Source: Macrostomum lignano
Lineage: Eukaryota
Direction: 5' to 3'
Length of the DNA: 64,000 nucleotides
Assembly: GCA_002269645.1 (NCBI GenBank)
Contig: NIVC01003972.1
Span: 3,047 to 67,046, forward strand
Positions 9,969 through 23,500 of the stretch are shown here, in pieces. Numbering within the stretch: position 1 is the first letter of the stretch; each line of letters opens with the position of its first letter. The notes beneath the pieces are model-generated. The model was given only the letters and a program-made list of their open reading frames with translations, had not been told where the DNA came from and did not search any database. Made by a program: the position numbers and the translations under genes.

Positions 9969-10579
9969 TCACATCTTCACCCAGACCCACTGGGCCTCGC
10001 TGGCGATGTCGCTGAACACAGCGGCAAATCTCATGAGGCGGCACATCCGGCTGGACTGCACGAAGGCGCAGGCGAGGCAGTCCTGGCTGTGGTGGCAGGC
10101 GGCGAAGCACTCGAACTTCAGAGTGGCCTCCTGGCTCAAGTAGGCGCCAACGGTGCCGGATTCGGCGACAAGAACCGATGAGTTGGAGGCCATCGGCTTG
10201 TAGACTCCGCGGACTGAAATTTCGCATTAGTTCCTTCGGGTTCATTTCAAAATTAAATTGTGTTGAAAACACATAGTTGTTTATTTTTTAAAGTCTTACG
10301 CGGGTTGTAGATGTTCTCGTACACGGAATTAATATTCTGTCCACCGCACACTTGCGAGGCGTTGCCACCGCAGACTTGGGAGCATTCAGATTCTGGAGCG
10401 CTCCCATGCAGTCCGTAGGAGGAGCCGCAGAAGAAGCAGAAACCCCTGGCCTGCGTTCCAAAGTAGATGAATCTGCCCATAGCGCAGATGCGGCTGCAGA
10501 GCTGCAGGGTCATGGATGGATCGTAGACAAATCCGACCGAAGCGTGGACATTAAATGGTCCAATATTGGAGTATCCCAT
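9969..10579 (-). CDS. WSC-domain plus PAN/Apple-like protein, two exons, 5' end unresolved
   Basis: WSC: MTLQLCSRIC..YFGTQ..CFFCG..ECSQVCGGNASQVCGG..NSVY. Phase-1 intron 10214-10299 (GTAAG...TTTCAG) joins NP-L-RGVYKPM to an exon with FECFAACHHSQDCLACAF...CRL. Confidence 0.7.
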
Positions 10580-11177
10580 CAGAGGATCTCAGAGGATCTC
10601 ACATCTTCAGGTGGGGCTGAAAGAGTAGTCAGAAAGAAGAAAGCAGAGCGAAGCAATTCTTGTCGATGGGGAGTTCATAAAGGGATAAGGATGTAACGGC
10701 AGACGCACCATGTTGAAAATTTCAACAGAAACACTTTGTGGAAAGTAAACGGTACTAGCCAGTGCGTTTCCATGGCAACGTCAAATTTTAATTTTGCTTC
10801 TTCTTCCAATTTGTTGGTCTAAAAATATTCTTTTATTAATAGCAAGACGCAGAATGACCTGGCCTCAGCAATTGCAGCACTGACACTACAAGAGTCTTAA
10901 ATATATTTAAAAAGCCCATTTTTTGTTTGTCGTCAGTTTTTCGTCAGTTGCACGTCAAAGGAAGGATTAAGAGCTTGCATGTAGATACCAATCAAAGCAA
11001 CTCAAAGGGCACGCAAATGCAGCACCTGAGGCTACTTGGTGATGCAAAGCCTTAAGTAACCTAACTACTGACATTTCGGGCACCCAAACTACTAACAGTA
11101 GCGTAAAAGCGTATTGCATTGCGCATTAAACTGTGCTTAAAACACATGCTGCATGTATTTTGTTTAAATGCGAAAAT

Positions 11178-11502
11178 CATTTGTAGTTTCCAAAGCAAAA
11201 ATAGAATTGGCTAAAAAAAATCACTAATTTATGGCGCCCACTCATTTGTAGTTTCCAAAGCAAAAATAGAATTGGCTACAAAAAATCACTAATTTATGGC
11301 GCCCACTCATTTGTAGTTTCCAAAGCAAAAATAGAATTGGCTACAAAAAATCACTAATTTATGGCGCCCACTCATTTGTAGTTTCCAAAGCAAAAATAGA
11401 ATTGGCTACAAAAAATCACTAATTTATGGCGCCCACTCATTTGTAGTTTCCAAAGCAAAAATAGAATTGGCTACAAAAAATCACTAATTTATGGCGCCCA
11501 CT
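11178..11502. repeat. 65-bp tandem repeat, 5 near-identical copies
   Basis: Units start CATTTGTAGTTTCC at 11178, 11243, 11308, 11373 and 11438; no spacers. Confidence 0.97.
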
Positions 11503-12595
11503 CTATCCAGGTGTGCTAATTAAAATAAGCGCACCTGATCCTCGCTCGTGAAAGGGCAGCAACTTCCGTTACTGATAGCATCCTTGCGGCCTCTGAATCC
11601 TGCCTGAGCCCCTGCTGCAGCTGGCACTGAGGATTGGGATGGAGCTTAGCGCTCTGAGCTAAGCCAGAAACGGTTGCAGCTGTGCGTGACTCAATAGGAT
11701 TAAGAGAAGCAGTGGAGTACCTGAGACATTTTTGTGTGTTTCACCAGTTTTTAATCAGTTTGCTTTAAACAATTGCTGCCACAGCTTCGCCACAGAACAT
11801 GTATGGATTGTACGATCTCCAATGCGACTCTGAGATCTGGAGACGGGACTCCTGACCTTTGAGACGGGACTCTTGACAATTAAGACGCAACGAATTTGGG
11901 TCAGGACACCTGAGAAGTGAAATTTCAAGATATTGATATTCAAGACAGACATCCGAAATTTACGATGAGACACGAGGCATCTAAAACTGCACAGTTGAAA
12001 GCATGCACCGCTGGATTGAGAAGTGCATGCAGACACAAGAGCTACCAGCGTACTTTTTGGTTTTTATCCATTTACCTTTGTTTGAAAGCAATTAGAGCTA
12101 TCGATTCAGTGAGTTTCATGGAATTTTTTTGAATGAAACTGGCCATCAGAAGAATGGCGCTCATTATTTGTTAGTCAAGTTGGCATGGGGGCATTGGGGA
12201 GGGGGGCTGCCCCCCTCAATCAATGCGACAGCCATCTCGCAGCCAGGCGCCATTCCGCTGAGTCCTGAGCACACACTCGGATGTGTACGCAGGCGCTCAC
12301 ACAGGGTGTACATGCAGCGGCCCCTGACTTTCCCGTGTACAACTCTCATGGGTGGGAATCGCCCAATACCCGGGCCAGTTTTCGTGCAACAGCCCCAGAT
12401 TAATGCGGCCGTGGAACTCGAGAGCTTCTCTCTCTGCCCCAATTTAAGCCACTCATACGCAGATGGCAGGGCGCTCGAGTCCCATTGGCCGGACTGCTTG
12501 AGACATTCGAGGCCTCATTAAACGGCTCTCAACGCTATTTTAGCAGCGGTTGCTAGGGCAGGGGCTAAGCTCAACCAAAGTGGCTCTGCTCAAGC

Positions 12596-14225
12596 ATGAC
12601 CGCCACAGCGGCTGTCCAGCTGCTCCTGTCCGTGCTGTCCCTGCTGCTGCACTGCGGCATCCTGGTGCTGCGCCATCGGGCAGGGAGCTCGGGCGCCCCC
12701 GCCTCGGTGACAGCGCAGCTCGCGGCCGGCCTGCTCGCCTCCGCCGTCTTCGTTGCCGGCAGCGCCGCGGATCTCGCGATTGGCGGCAGCGACTCGGAGG
12801 CCGTCGTCGAAAACTCGCTGCAGCGGCTCCTCCTGCCGGCTGGCAGCGCAGGCGGCTGGCTGGCGGAGGCTGGGCTCTCCATCGCCTGCGCCTGCCTGTC
12901 GGCGGACGGCGGCCCGGTGCTGGCCGTCCTGCTGGTCACCGTGCTGCACGCGGCCGCCGTCATCTCGGCCGAGCGCTGCGCCCACCACTGCGGCGGACTG
13001 CCGGCCGGGCGGGCTGCCCTGACGCCTCGGCGTTGCCTGGCAACCCTGGCCGCTACGGTTGGAGCTGCTGCGGTTGCCATGACGACTGAGGCGGGCGTGA
13101 AGTTTGAGATCGGCAAAGCCGGCTGCGAGATAAGGTAGTTTATATTCACGATGCCTGGAAATATGGATTTGTGGGCCCAGCAACCGAGGATCTGGGAGGC
13201 TGGCCCAACAACTGAGGATCTGGGAGGCTGACCCAGCAACTGAGGATCTGGGAGGCTGGCTCTGCAACTGGGGATTTGGGAGGCTGGCCCAGCAACTGAG
13301 GATCTGGGAGGCTGGCCCAGCAACTGAGGATCTGGGAGGCTGGCCAGCAACTGGGGATCTGGGAGGCTGGCCCAGTAACTGGGGATCTGAGAGGCTGGCC
13401 CAGCAACAGAGGATGTGGGAGGCTGGCCCAGCAACTCAGGATCTGGGAGGCTGGCCCAGCAACTCAGGATCTGGGAGGCTGGCCCAGCAACTGAGGATCT
13501 GGGAGGCTGGCCCAGCAACTGAGGATCTGGGAGGCTAGCCCAGCAGCTGAGGATCTGGGAGGCTGGCATAGCAAGTGAGGATCTGGGAGGCTGGCATAGC
13601 AAGTGAGGATCTGGGAGGCTGGCATAGCAAGTGAGGATCTGGGAGGCTGGCATAGCAAGTGAGGATCTGGGAGGCTGGCATAGCAAGTGAGGATCTGGGA
13701 GGCTAGCCCGCAGCTGAGGATGTCGGAGGGGCGGTCCGAACTACAGTCTCAGCAACTCGAACTCTCAGAAACGAGACCCTGGCGTCAAACTCGGCCTGGT
13801 CGGCTGCCCGCACCGCGGCGGTCTACGCGAACCTGGCACTGAGCCAAGTCCTGCCTAGCCTAGCGGTGCTGGCTGTGAACTTCGCCACCGTCACCGCTCT
13901 CTTCCGCCGGTTCCTGTCCGCTGACTCCTCCAGCGGGGCGTCTTCGGCCTCGGCGGCGAAGCCGGGCGGCGCCGTTGGAAATTTTTGCGTCTACCGTCGC
14001 GCCACCGTCCACGCGGCTCATGAGCGGCGCGGCACGCTGGCCGCCCTGGCCGCCACCTCCGGAGCCGCCGCTGCCGCTCTGGCCAGCGCCTGCCTGGCCG
14101 TCTCCGGCAGCAGCGGCTCGCCGGTCGCGGCAGCTGCGGAGCGGCTCTGGACTGTCGCCGCGGTGATGGGCAACGCGGTCGCCCAGACTGCGCTGCTGGC
14201 GCTGCGGAAGTGTGGGACAGAATGA
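12596..14225 (+). CDS. Divergent rhodopsin-like 7TM receptor, 2 exons (12596-13134, 13769-14225), 331 aa
   Basis: Seven hydrophobic segments. TM3 ends VISAERC (DRY-like), Cys in ECL1 and ECL2, TM5 QVLPSLAVLAVN. Phase-2 junction GAG ATA AG|GT...CAG|A AAC keeps the frame. Confidence 0.7.
13170..13720. repeat. 28-bp minisatellite filling the 7TM gene intron
   Basis: Unit GAGGATCTGGGAGGCTGGCCCAGCAACT with variants; limits approximate. Confidence 0.95.
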
Positions 14226-14239
14226 CGAATACGGACTTG

Positions 14240-14570
14240 GACTGTCACTGACTGTGCTGTCACTGGCTGTGCTGTCACTGACTGTGCTGTCACTGACTGT
14301 GCTGTCACTGACTGTGCTGTCACTGACTGTGCTGTCACTGGCTGTGCTGTCACTGGTTGTGCTGTCACTGGCTGCGCTGTCACTGACTGTGTTTGGCTGT
14401 GCTGGCACTGGCTATGCTGTCGCTGGCTGTGCTGTCACTGGCTGTGCTGTCTCTGACTGTGTTTGGCTGTGCTGGCACTGGCTATGCTGTCAATGGCTGT
14501 GCTGTCACTGACTGTGTTTGGCTGTGCTCTCACAGGCCTGTATGTCACTTGTGATACCAATGTCTGTCAC
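14240..14570. repeat. 15-bp minisatellite
   Basis: Unit CTGTGCTGTCACTGA, directly 3' of the 7TM stop. Confidence 0.92.
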
Positions 14571-15043
14571 TGGCCATGCTGTCACTGCTTGTGATGTCAT
14601 TGCCTGTGTCATTGGCTATGTCAGACTTTTCTGTCACCGGCTGTGTTGTCCCTAGTTGTCTGTGCTGTCACGTCTGTATGCCACTTGTGATGTCACTGTC
14701 TTATGACCGGCTGTTTTGTAGTCACAAATTTTGGAAGCAGTCAAACCGCAGCCCTCGGACATGCACGTGCAAGCCCAAAAAATGCAACCACTGCCCCTCT
14801 AAATTTGAACTTCGAAAAGCGTCAAGTAAATTATGGACGCGTTTTTTAAGCACCATCATTTTCGAATCAAAGAGTTGCTGTCAGCTATTTCAGAGTTTAG
14901 CTACAGGCACCAATGAATAAATTTGTTCACCCGATGGTCGCAAACTCCACTAGCAGTCACAGACTGGCTTATTTTCCGTTGATTAGCTTCACTTTTATTA
15001 CAAAAAAATCGTATTGTAGTGTCTCTAGACTCCACATGTAGGT

Positions 15044-15617
15044 CAAGGGTCCGCAAACTCCGGCTCGCTATGCCTCCCTATCCGGCCCTCGGGTCCTTTG
15101 TAGCTGCACAATAGCAATCCGGCCCGCTCAAGGCTTGTCTTATCTCTTTTACCTCCTCTCCTTCCTCTCTTCTCTCCTTTACCCCCTCTTCTCACTCCTC
15201 TCATCTCCTCTTGTCTCTTCTCTCCCCTCCACTTGTTTCTTCTCTTCTCTCCTCTCATCTCCCATCCTCCTCTCGTCTTCTTTCCTCTCCTCTCCTCTCC
15301 ACTCTTCTTCTTTTCTCTTCTCATCTCCCCTCCTCTTTTTTCATTTCCCCTCTCCTCTCCTTTTGTCTCACCTCTCCTCTGTTCTCTCCTCTTTCGCTTT
15401 TGTACCTGTCCTTTCTTCTTTTCTCACTTCTCTCTTCTCTCCTCTTCTCTCACATTCCCCCTTTCATCTCATTTTATCTCATCCCCTTTCTCACCTCCTC
15501 TCATCTTTTCGTTCCTCTTTTCTCTGTCCTCTCTATTCCCTCTCATTTCCTCTCTGATCAGGCCCGCAAGCATGATTCTTTATCTGGCCCTAGAAATAAA
15601 AAATTTCAAGACCTCTG
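15044..15617. mobile_element. Degenerate non-autonomous hAT-like element enclosing a CT-rich simple repeat (15140-15555)
   Basis: Ends CAAGGGTCCGCAAAC and revcomp CAGAGGTCTTGAAAT resemble hAT TIRs, with subterminal GGCCCGC motifs at both ends. No 8-bp TSD. Confidence 0.4.
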
Positions 15618-16189
15618 TCTGCTCCAGGCCGCAGAATGAGAAGCAACTGTCTGGAAATTGTGTCGCGCCAAAAAGTGAGTAAGAAGAGTGAGAGCAATAA
15701 AACTTGACATTTAAACAAATATTGACCGGTTTGATCACAAATTCATCCCCAAATTTTCCTAAAAACTACGAGCCGTAACCAACATGGAGAAGAGAATCAA
15801 CTGAATTTTATTAGGCCCCGTTGAGCCAAGCAGATTATCAGGAGTGTGTTGCTGCACAACTAATCCGATGCAGGCAGCCAGGCGATAATCCGTCCCGTAG
15901 GATTACGAACTGGAAGCGGCCCCTTTAATTATAAATGCAGCTGATAAATCTGGTTTTAAATTGAAAGCAGCAGTCTCTGAGGAAAAATCGTTAATATTTT
16001 AAAAGCTGTCAAATTTGGGAAAAATCTTGCTTTTCTAAACCTGCTGCACACACGCGAGAACGAAGCCAGATCTTTTGGAGGGTCTGAAATATCGCTGATG
16101 AGATTTCCTGGAATGCTTTTCTTCGCCTAGGGGATTGCGGGATAGTTAGGTTGAGACAGAGTGTCTAGAGAGATGGCACGGTGTCTGTG

Positions 16190-16670
16190 GGAATCCCATA
16201 ATGTCTATAAGAGTGCCATGATGTCTATGGGAATGTCAGGGTGTCTATGGGAATTTCATGGTGTCTATGGGAATGTCAGGGAGTCTATGGGAATCTCATG
16301 ATGTCTATGGGAATGCCATGATGTCTATGGGAATTTCATGATGTATATGGGAATGTCAGGGTGTCTATAGGAATTTCATGGTGTCTATGGGAATGTCATG
16401 ATGTCTATGGGAATGTCATGATGTCTGTGGGAATGCCATGATGTCTATGGGGATGTCAGGGTGTCTATAGGAATTTCATGGTGTCTATGGGAATGTCAGG
16501 GTGTCTATGGGAATGTCATGAAGTATATGGGAATGTCAGGGTGTCTATAGGAATGTCATGATGTCTATGGGAATGTCATGATGTCTGTGGGAATGCCATG
16601 ATGTCTATGGGAATGCCAGTGTGTCTAGAGGGGTGTCATGGTGTCGACGAGAACTCTGGGGTGTACATGA
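16190..16670. repeat. 20-bp minisatellite
   Basis: Unit GTGTCTATGGGAATGTCATG with variants. Confidence 0.95.
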
Positions 16671-17569
16671 GAATGCCAGGACGATAAGCAGAGCTTGTAT
16701 ATAATCAAATAAATGACAAAACGCAGTAAGGCCGCAAAATTATCGAATAAAATCTCAAAGATCTTCAAGAAGAGTTAAAAACTTGTTGGTTCGATAAGTC
16801 ACTCTCTAATTCCGGTCATTATTTGGAATTTTTCAGAAATTTGAGTACATTTTAGCCAAAGACCGCATATTGTACTAGAAGAATGTTAGCCTAGTGTACT
16901 ACCCCGTTCACCGCCAGCACATGCCGGTTAAGCAGAGTCGGCAGCGGTTAGTACGTAGCTAATTAACGTTGCCACGTACTTATTTAGTTCCTTAACTTCT
17001 TAGCACAAAGTGAAACACTTCTCTAGACTTCTCAAGTGCAGACAAATTTGAGAGCCCGCAAACATGCCCGAGTGACCAACGAATAAATAAGGAGTGCAGA
17101 AGTTCAGCATGCAGTCGTTGTGTGAAAAGCAGACAACTGAATTAGTTATAAACGATCACAGAATTACCAATTGAAGTTCAACTGTCAAAAATAAAAATAA
17201 AAAATTTGGGCCACAATAAACTCTGACTTCAGATAGGAAGATAATACAATTTGTTAGAAAATGATATCGATATGTTAGATGACCTATCAATATTGAGCTG
17301 AATGCAAATAACACAGGCAAAACAATTATTAAATTTACTGTAGTTAGCGGATTACGCTGACAGAGTTGGCGATATGTACAATCAACAGACCCGAGTTTAA
17401 AGCATAGCAGTAGGTGAGGATTTACCATAGACAGTCAAACCAGCACTGAAGCGATTCCCTCATCCACCCATGCCAGACTCCTCAGCACACACAAGCACTC
17501 ACTTTACTCACACGGCCTAGGCGAGTGGATTGCTAGGCTGCCTTAAAATCTGCAATTAAAAAAACGCGA

Positions 17570-20500
17570 TTAAAAACATTCGGTAGTCATGGCAACGCCG
17601 TCACAACCCGACGATTCGCTGCTGCCAAGCCGCCTGAGCAGGTCGTCCCGCTCAGCCCTGACGGCCGCCAGCTCGGCTTGGCAGCGGGCCAACCGCTTGG
17701 CCAGCTCATCTGAGCCCACTGCCTGGCTCTGCTTCTGCTGCTTGTTCTGCTTTGAGCAGCTGCTGCAGACTGAGTCTGGTCTGGGCTGGTCCGTGGGAGC
17801 TGAAAAGTTAGGGCGAAATTGACAGCTCATGACCCATCCTGAATCTCCATGACCCATCCCGAATCTTCATGACCCATCCTGAATCTCCATGACCAATCCT
17901 GAATCTCCATGACCAATCCTGAATCTCCATGACCCATCCTGAATCTCCATGACCAATCCTGATTCTCCATGACCCATCCTCAATCTCCATGACCCATCCT
18001 GAATCTCCATGACCTATCCTGAATCTTCACGACCCATCCTAAATCTCCATGACCAATCCTGAATCTCCATGACCCATCCTGAATCTCCATGACCCATTCT
18101 GCAACTCCATGACCCATTCTGAATCTCCATGACCCATCCTGAATATCCATGACCAATCCTGAATCTTAATGACCCATCCTAAATCTCCATGACCAATCCT
18201 GAATCTCCATGACCAATCCTGAATCTCCATGACCCATCCTGAATCTCCATGACCCATCCTGAATCTCCATGACCAATCCTGAATCTTAATGACCCATCCT
18301 AAATCTCCATGACCAATCCTGAATCTCCATGACCAATCCTGAATCTCCATGACCCATCCTGAATCTCCATGACCCATTCTGCAACTCCATGATCCATTCC
18401 GAATCTCCATGACCCATTCTGCAACTCCATGACCCATTCTGCAACTCCATGACCCATTCTGCAACTCCATGGCCCATTTTGAATCTCCATGATGACCCAT
18501 ATCTATGACCCATTTTCAGCGTTTAGCCTCACCAACAATCCGCATGACATTGTCCGTTCCACGCAGCATGGAGAGGCGGCCGGGAGCCTCCAGCCGGACT
18601 GACGGGTGCTCACCGGGGCAGGTGGCGTTCAGACAGGGCTGGTCGGACTGCAGTGGGTGAATGAGAATTGCAATATGGGTGAATGGGATTCGCAATATGG
18701 GGTGAATGGTATTCACAATACGGGGTGAATGGGATTTGCAATATGGGTGAATGAGAATTGCAATATGGGTGAATGAGAATTGCAATATGGGTGAATGAGA
18801 ATTGCAATATGGGGTGAATGGGAATTGCAATATGGGGTGAATGGGAATTGCAATATGGGGTGAATGGGATTCGCAATATGGGGTGAATGGTATTCACAAT
18901 ACGGGGTGAATGGGATTTGCAATATGGGTGAATGAGAATTGCAATATGGGTGAATGAGAATTGCAATATGGGTGAATGAGAATTGCAATATGGGGTGAAT
19001 GGGAATTGCAATATGGGGTGAATGGGAATTGCAATATGGGGTGAATGGGATTCGCAATATGGGGTGAATGGTATTCACAATACGGGGTGAATGGGATTTG
19101 CAATATGGGTGAATGAGAATTGCAATATGGGTGAATGAGAATTGCAATATGGGTGAATGAGAATTGCAATATGGGTGAATGAGAATTGCAATATGGGGTG
19201 AATGGGAATTGCAATATGGGGTGAATGGGAATTGCAATGTGGGGTGAATGGGATTTGCAATATGGGGTGAAGGGATTTGCAATATGGGTGAATGAGAATT
19301 GCAATATGGGTGAATGGGATTTGCAATATGCGTGAATGGGATTCGCAATATGGGTGAATGGGATTTGCAATATGGGTGAATGGGATTCGCAATATGGGTA
19401 AATGGGATTTGCAATATGGGTGAATGGGATTTGCAATATGGGTGAATGGGATTCGCAATATGGGTGAATGGGATTCGCAATATGGGTGAATGGGATTTGC
19501 AATATGGGTGAATGGGATTTACAATATGGGGTGAATGGGATTCGCAATATGGGTGAAAAGGAACTGAATTTAGTAAACGGACACTCTCCAGTGGTTGAAT
19601 AGAAATCGAGCTCAGGACCTCTATATTCGATTTAAAAAATGATTTTAGTCCACACCGTGACATTTCTATGACCCCCACTGCACTCGTGCACCTGCTTCTC
19701 CAGCTTTGCGGGCAAAGACCCGCCTTGATATCGAGTTTCAGCCTTGCCAATAAGCAGTCCCCCATTGCCGCTTCAATGGTTATTGCCCAGCCAGGCGCGA
19801 GTTGAACATGATATCAGGTACTGATTCTGGCTAACAGGGGCCAATACTTTAGGTTAAGTTATGGCGAATTAAAATTGTTTAAAGTATTGTTGTAGCATGC
19901 AGTGTTATTGGTGCAGGAGTAGACAAGGGTATTTATTACTTTGCTCACGAACTACAGACAATTTTAGACTAAGATGTGATAGCATATCGGGCAGAGCAGT
20001 GTCACAGAGAGTGCAACTGGGAGTGCCACTGGGAGTGCTACAGGGACAGGGAGTGCTACAGGGAGTGCCACTGGGAGTGCCACTGGGAGTGCCACTGGGA
20101 GTGTTACTGGGAGTGCCACTGGGAGTGCTACAGGGAGTGCCACTGGGAGTGCTACAGGGAGTGTTACTGGGAGTGCCACTGGGAGTGCTACAGGGAGTGC
20201 CACTGGGAGTGCTACTGGGAGTGTTACTGGGAGTGCCACTGGGAGTGCTACAGGGAGTGCCACTGGGAGTGCTACAGGGACTGGGAGTGCTACTGGGAGT
20301 GCCACTGGGAGTGCTACAGGGAGTGCCACTGGGAGTGCTACAGGGACTGGGAGTGCTACAGGGAGTGCCACTGGGAGTGCCACCGGGAGTGCTACAGGAA
20401 GTGCTACTGGGAGTGCCACTGGGAGTGCCACTGGGAGTGCCACTGGGAGTGCTACTGGGAGTGCCACTGGGAGTGCTACAGGGAGTGCCACTGGGAGTGC

Positions 20501-23500
20501 TACAGGGAGTGCCACTGGGAGTGCTACAGGGACTGGGAGTGCTACAGGGAGTGCCACTGGGAGTGCCACCGGGAGTGCTACAGGAAGTGCTACTGGGAGT
20601 GCCACTGGGAGTGCCACTGGGAGTGCCACTGGGAGTGCCACTGGGAGTGCCACTGGGAGTGCTACTGGGAGTGCCACCGGGAGTGCTACAGGGAGTGCCA
20701 CTGGGAGTGCTACAGGGAGTGCCACTGGGAGTGCTACAGGGAGTGCCACTGGGAGTGCTACTGGGAGTGCCACTGGGAGTGCCACTGGGAGTGCTACTGG
20801 TAGTGCTACTGGGAGTGCTACAGGGAGTGCCACTGGGAGTGCTACAGGGAGTGCCACTGGGAGTGCTACAGGGAGTGCCACTGGGAGTGCTACTGGGAGT
20901 GCTACAGAGAGTGTCACAGGGAGTGTCACAGGGAGTGGCATCGGGGGTGACAAAAGGAGTGCCATAGGGAGTGACAAAAGGGGTGCCATCGGGGTGACAA
21001 AAGGAGTGCCATCGGGGGTGACAAAAGGAGTGCCATCGGGAGTGACAAAAGGAGTGCCATCGGGAGTGACAAAAGGAGTGCCATCGGGAGTGACAAAAGG
21101 GGTGCCCCAAGGAGTCAATGAGTGACACACAATGCGCCGCGCCCTTTGCTTACCACAAGCTCCGCCTTGACGGCCTCCACAAGCAGGCGCATCGGCAGGG
21201 CCGGCAGCAGCAGCTCGTCCTCGAAGAAGTCACCAAGGCCGGCCAGCACGGACAGTCCGGCTGACAGGGACAAATCGGCCGCCTGGACGAACACCTCGCT
21301 GTTGCCCGGATCCTCCAGCTTCCGCGCCTCATCAATATAGACTCGAACCCGAAGCCGCGCCGGTTTGGCTTGGAGACCGTCGCCGCTGCCGACATCGTCC
21401 AGAACGTCGACACGCGGCTGCCGGGCTGTCAGCGCGGCGCTCAATGCGACTCTCGAATTGGCGTCGTCGGCTGCGGCCAGGCCGACCCGGCGGGAGGCGA
21501 TGCGCACCAGCGAGCCCGCGTGGTCCACCGTCACCAGCACGCTGGAGCCCAGCAGGCCGCCAGTCAGGCTGGGCAGCCGCACCTCCGAGCCACCGCCGCC
21601 GCCTCCGCCGGTTGTCTCATCCTCGTCCTTGTCGACGCTGTCGGCCACCGACAGACCGGGCACGGCCAGGCAGGCGCCGGCCTGGGCGGCGGCCTGAGCG
21701 GCGGCCTCGGCCTCTTCGAGCAGCTGCAGGCGACGCTGCTGAACCTCGCTGGCGCTGAGGTCGTCGCTGGACACGGAGACCCGCTCCCAGTCGTCGCCAA
21801 CGTCGGAGCCGCCGCTGTCTAAGCTGGCCGCCGAGCCCTGCAAGATTTTGGATACTTCAGAGGTTCAGTTTTCGGAACCAGGGGTTGCGGAGCGAAAGTT
21901 ATATCTAAAAATCATCATACTACTGAAGCTCCTGCTCAGTAGTGTAGTAAGCAAATAGCTTAAATTCCATGGAAAGGCTGAAGCAACCAACCCGGTGCTT
22001 TGCACTGGCAACCAAGCGGCGGCCAAGGCGCTCTACAAACTGTTGAGGCGCATTGGACTGCTGCTGCTGCTGCTGATGATGATGTTGCTGTTGCCTAGCA
22101 ACTGCGATTGGCGACGCGCTTGGCGACGAAGCTGAAGCTGTTGAAGGCGACGAGGAAGCTCCGGAGACGAGGAACTCGACGGGAGCGGAGGCGGCGTAGG
22201 CGGGGGCGCCGGGCGGACCCTCAGCCGAGCAGCTGTTGTTGACGGCCTGCCGGGCAAAGCTGGCGGCGTCCTCAGAGCCCGGGTCGGTGTCGGCGTCTGA
22301 CGAGTCGCCGCTGGCCGAGCTGGAGCAGCAGCTGTCCGAGGCGCTGGCCGGGCAGGCCGGGTCCAGCAGGAGGCGCAGGCGGGCTCGGGGAATCGGCAAC
22401 CAGACGGCGGCCACGGGGCCGGGCGGCCGGTCAGGCAGCCGCATGCCGCGCCGGTCCCGCTGAAGGCAGTCGGCAAAGTCGGCGAAGTCTTCGCCCATGC
22501 GCAGCAGGAACAGGTACTGCAGGTGCGTGAGGGCCAGCCGCAGCTCCCTGCCCGGGTCGGAGGGCAGGTCCAGCAGCACCACGAAGGAGTCCGGCGAGGA
22601 GCCCGCGGCAAGGAACGCATCGACGCGCCCGGCATCCAGGCAGGGCTGGCGGCGCGTCTTTCTGGTGTCGGCGCCGGGCGCGGCAAAGTCGCACCAGAGC
22701 CGGGGGCAGCGGAGGTGCCACACGGAGGATGGCGGAGCCACCGGGCCAACGGAGGCCGCCGCCTCGGCCAATGCGACGCGAAACGGCAGCCAGTCAAAGT
22801 CGGGATCGCCGGGGAAGTCGCCGGTTGAAGAGTCGGCTGCAGAAATGGCGGCCGCCAGCGAGTCGGCGAAGCCGGCCGGATCGTTGGAGATCGTCACGGA
22901 GTCCGCTTGCGCCTCCAGCACAGTTGGCCGGACCTGGTGCAGCTGCGGTGGCTGCTGCTCAGGTGCAGCCTTTGCTGGGATGAGCAGCTGCGTTGAGAAT
23001 GAGGGGGCGAAGAGACTCCTCAATATGCTGTTCTCAGGGTCCTCAACGTGTTGTCCTCAGAGGCCTGAATATACTGTCCTCAGGGGCCTGAATATACTGT
23101 CCTCAGGGGCCTGAATATACTGTCCTCAGGGGCCTGAATATACTGTCCTCAGGGGCCTGAATATACTGTCCTCAGGGGTCTGAATATACTGTCCTCAGGG
23201 GCCTCAAAGTGCTGTCCTCAGGGGCCTGAATATGCTGTCCTCAGGGGCCTGAATATACTGTCCTCAGGGGCCTCAAAGTGCTGTCCTCAGGGGCCTGAAT
23301 ATACTGTCTTCAGGGCCTGAATATACTGTCCTCAGGGGTCTGAATATACTGTCTTCAGGGCCTGAATATACTGTCCTCAGGGGTCTGAATATACTGTCTT
23401 CAGGGCCTGAATATACTGTCTTCAGGGCCTGAATATACTGTCCTCAGGGGCCTGAATATACTGTCCTCAGGGGCCTTAACTTGCTGTCCTCAGGGTCTTC

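Noticed and set aside
11178-11502. CRISPR array
   Set aside because: Head-to-tail repeats with no unique spacers, no cas genes, and a eukaryotic context.
12296-12313. 18-bp inverted match to 46796-46813
   Set aside because: A match of this length is plausible by chance in 64 kb (expected count about 0.1) and flanks do not extend.
15036-15625. 8-bp TSD for the hAT-like element
   Set aside because: Flanks ATGTAGGT and TCTGCTCC do not match, so the element call stays low confidence.
19897-21130. Long ORFs (VALP/STPSG/ECHW repeats) as mucin or antifreeze-type genes
   Set aside because: Open in many frames simply because the 12-bp unit lacks stops; lies in a BLTP3 intron whose flanking exons join in phase.
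21122-23114. Plus-strand GC-rich ORFs
   Set aside because: Antisense shadows of BLTP3 exons 10 and 11.
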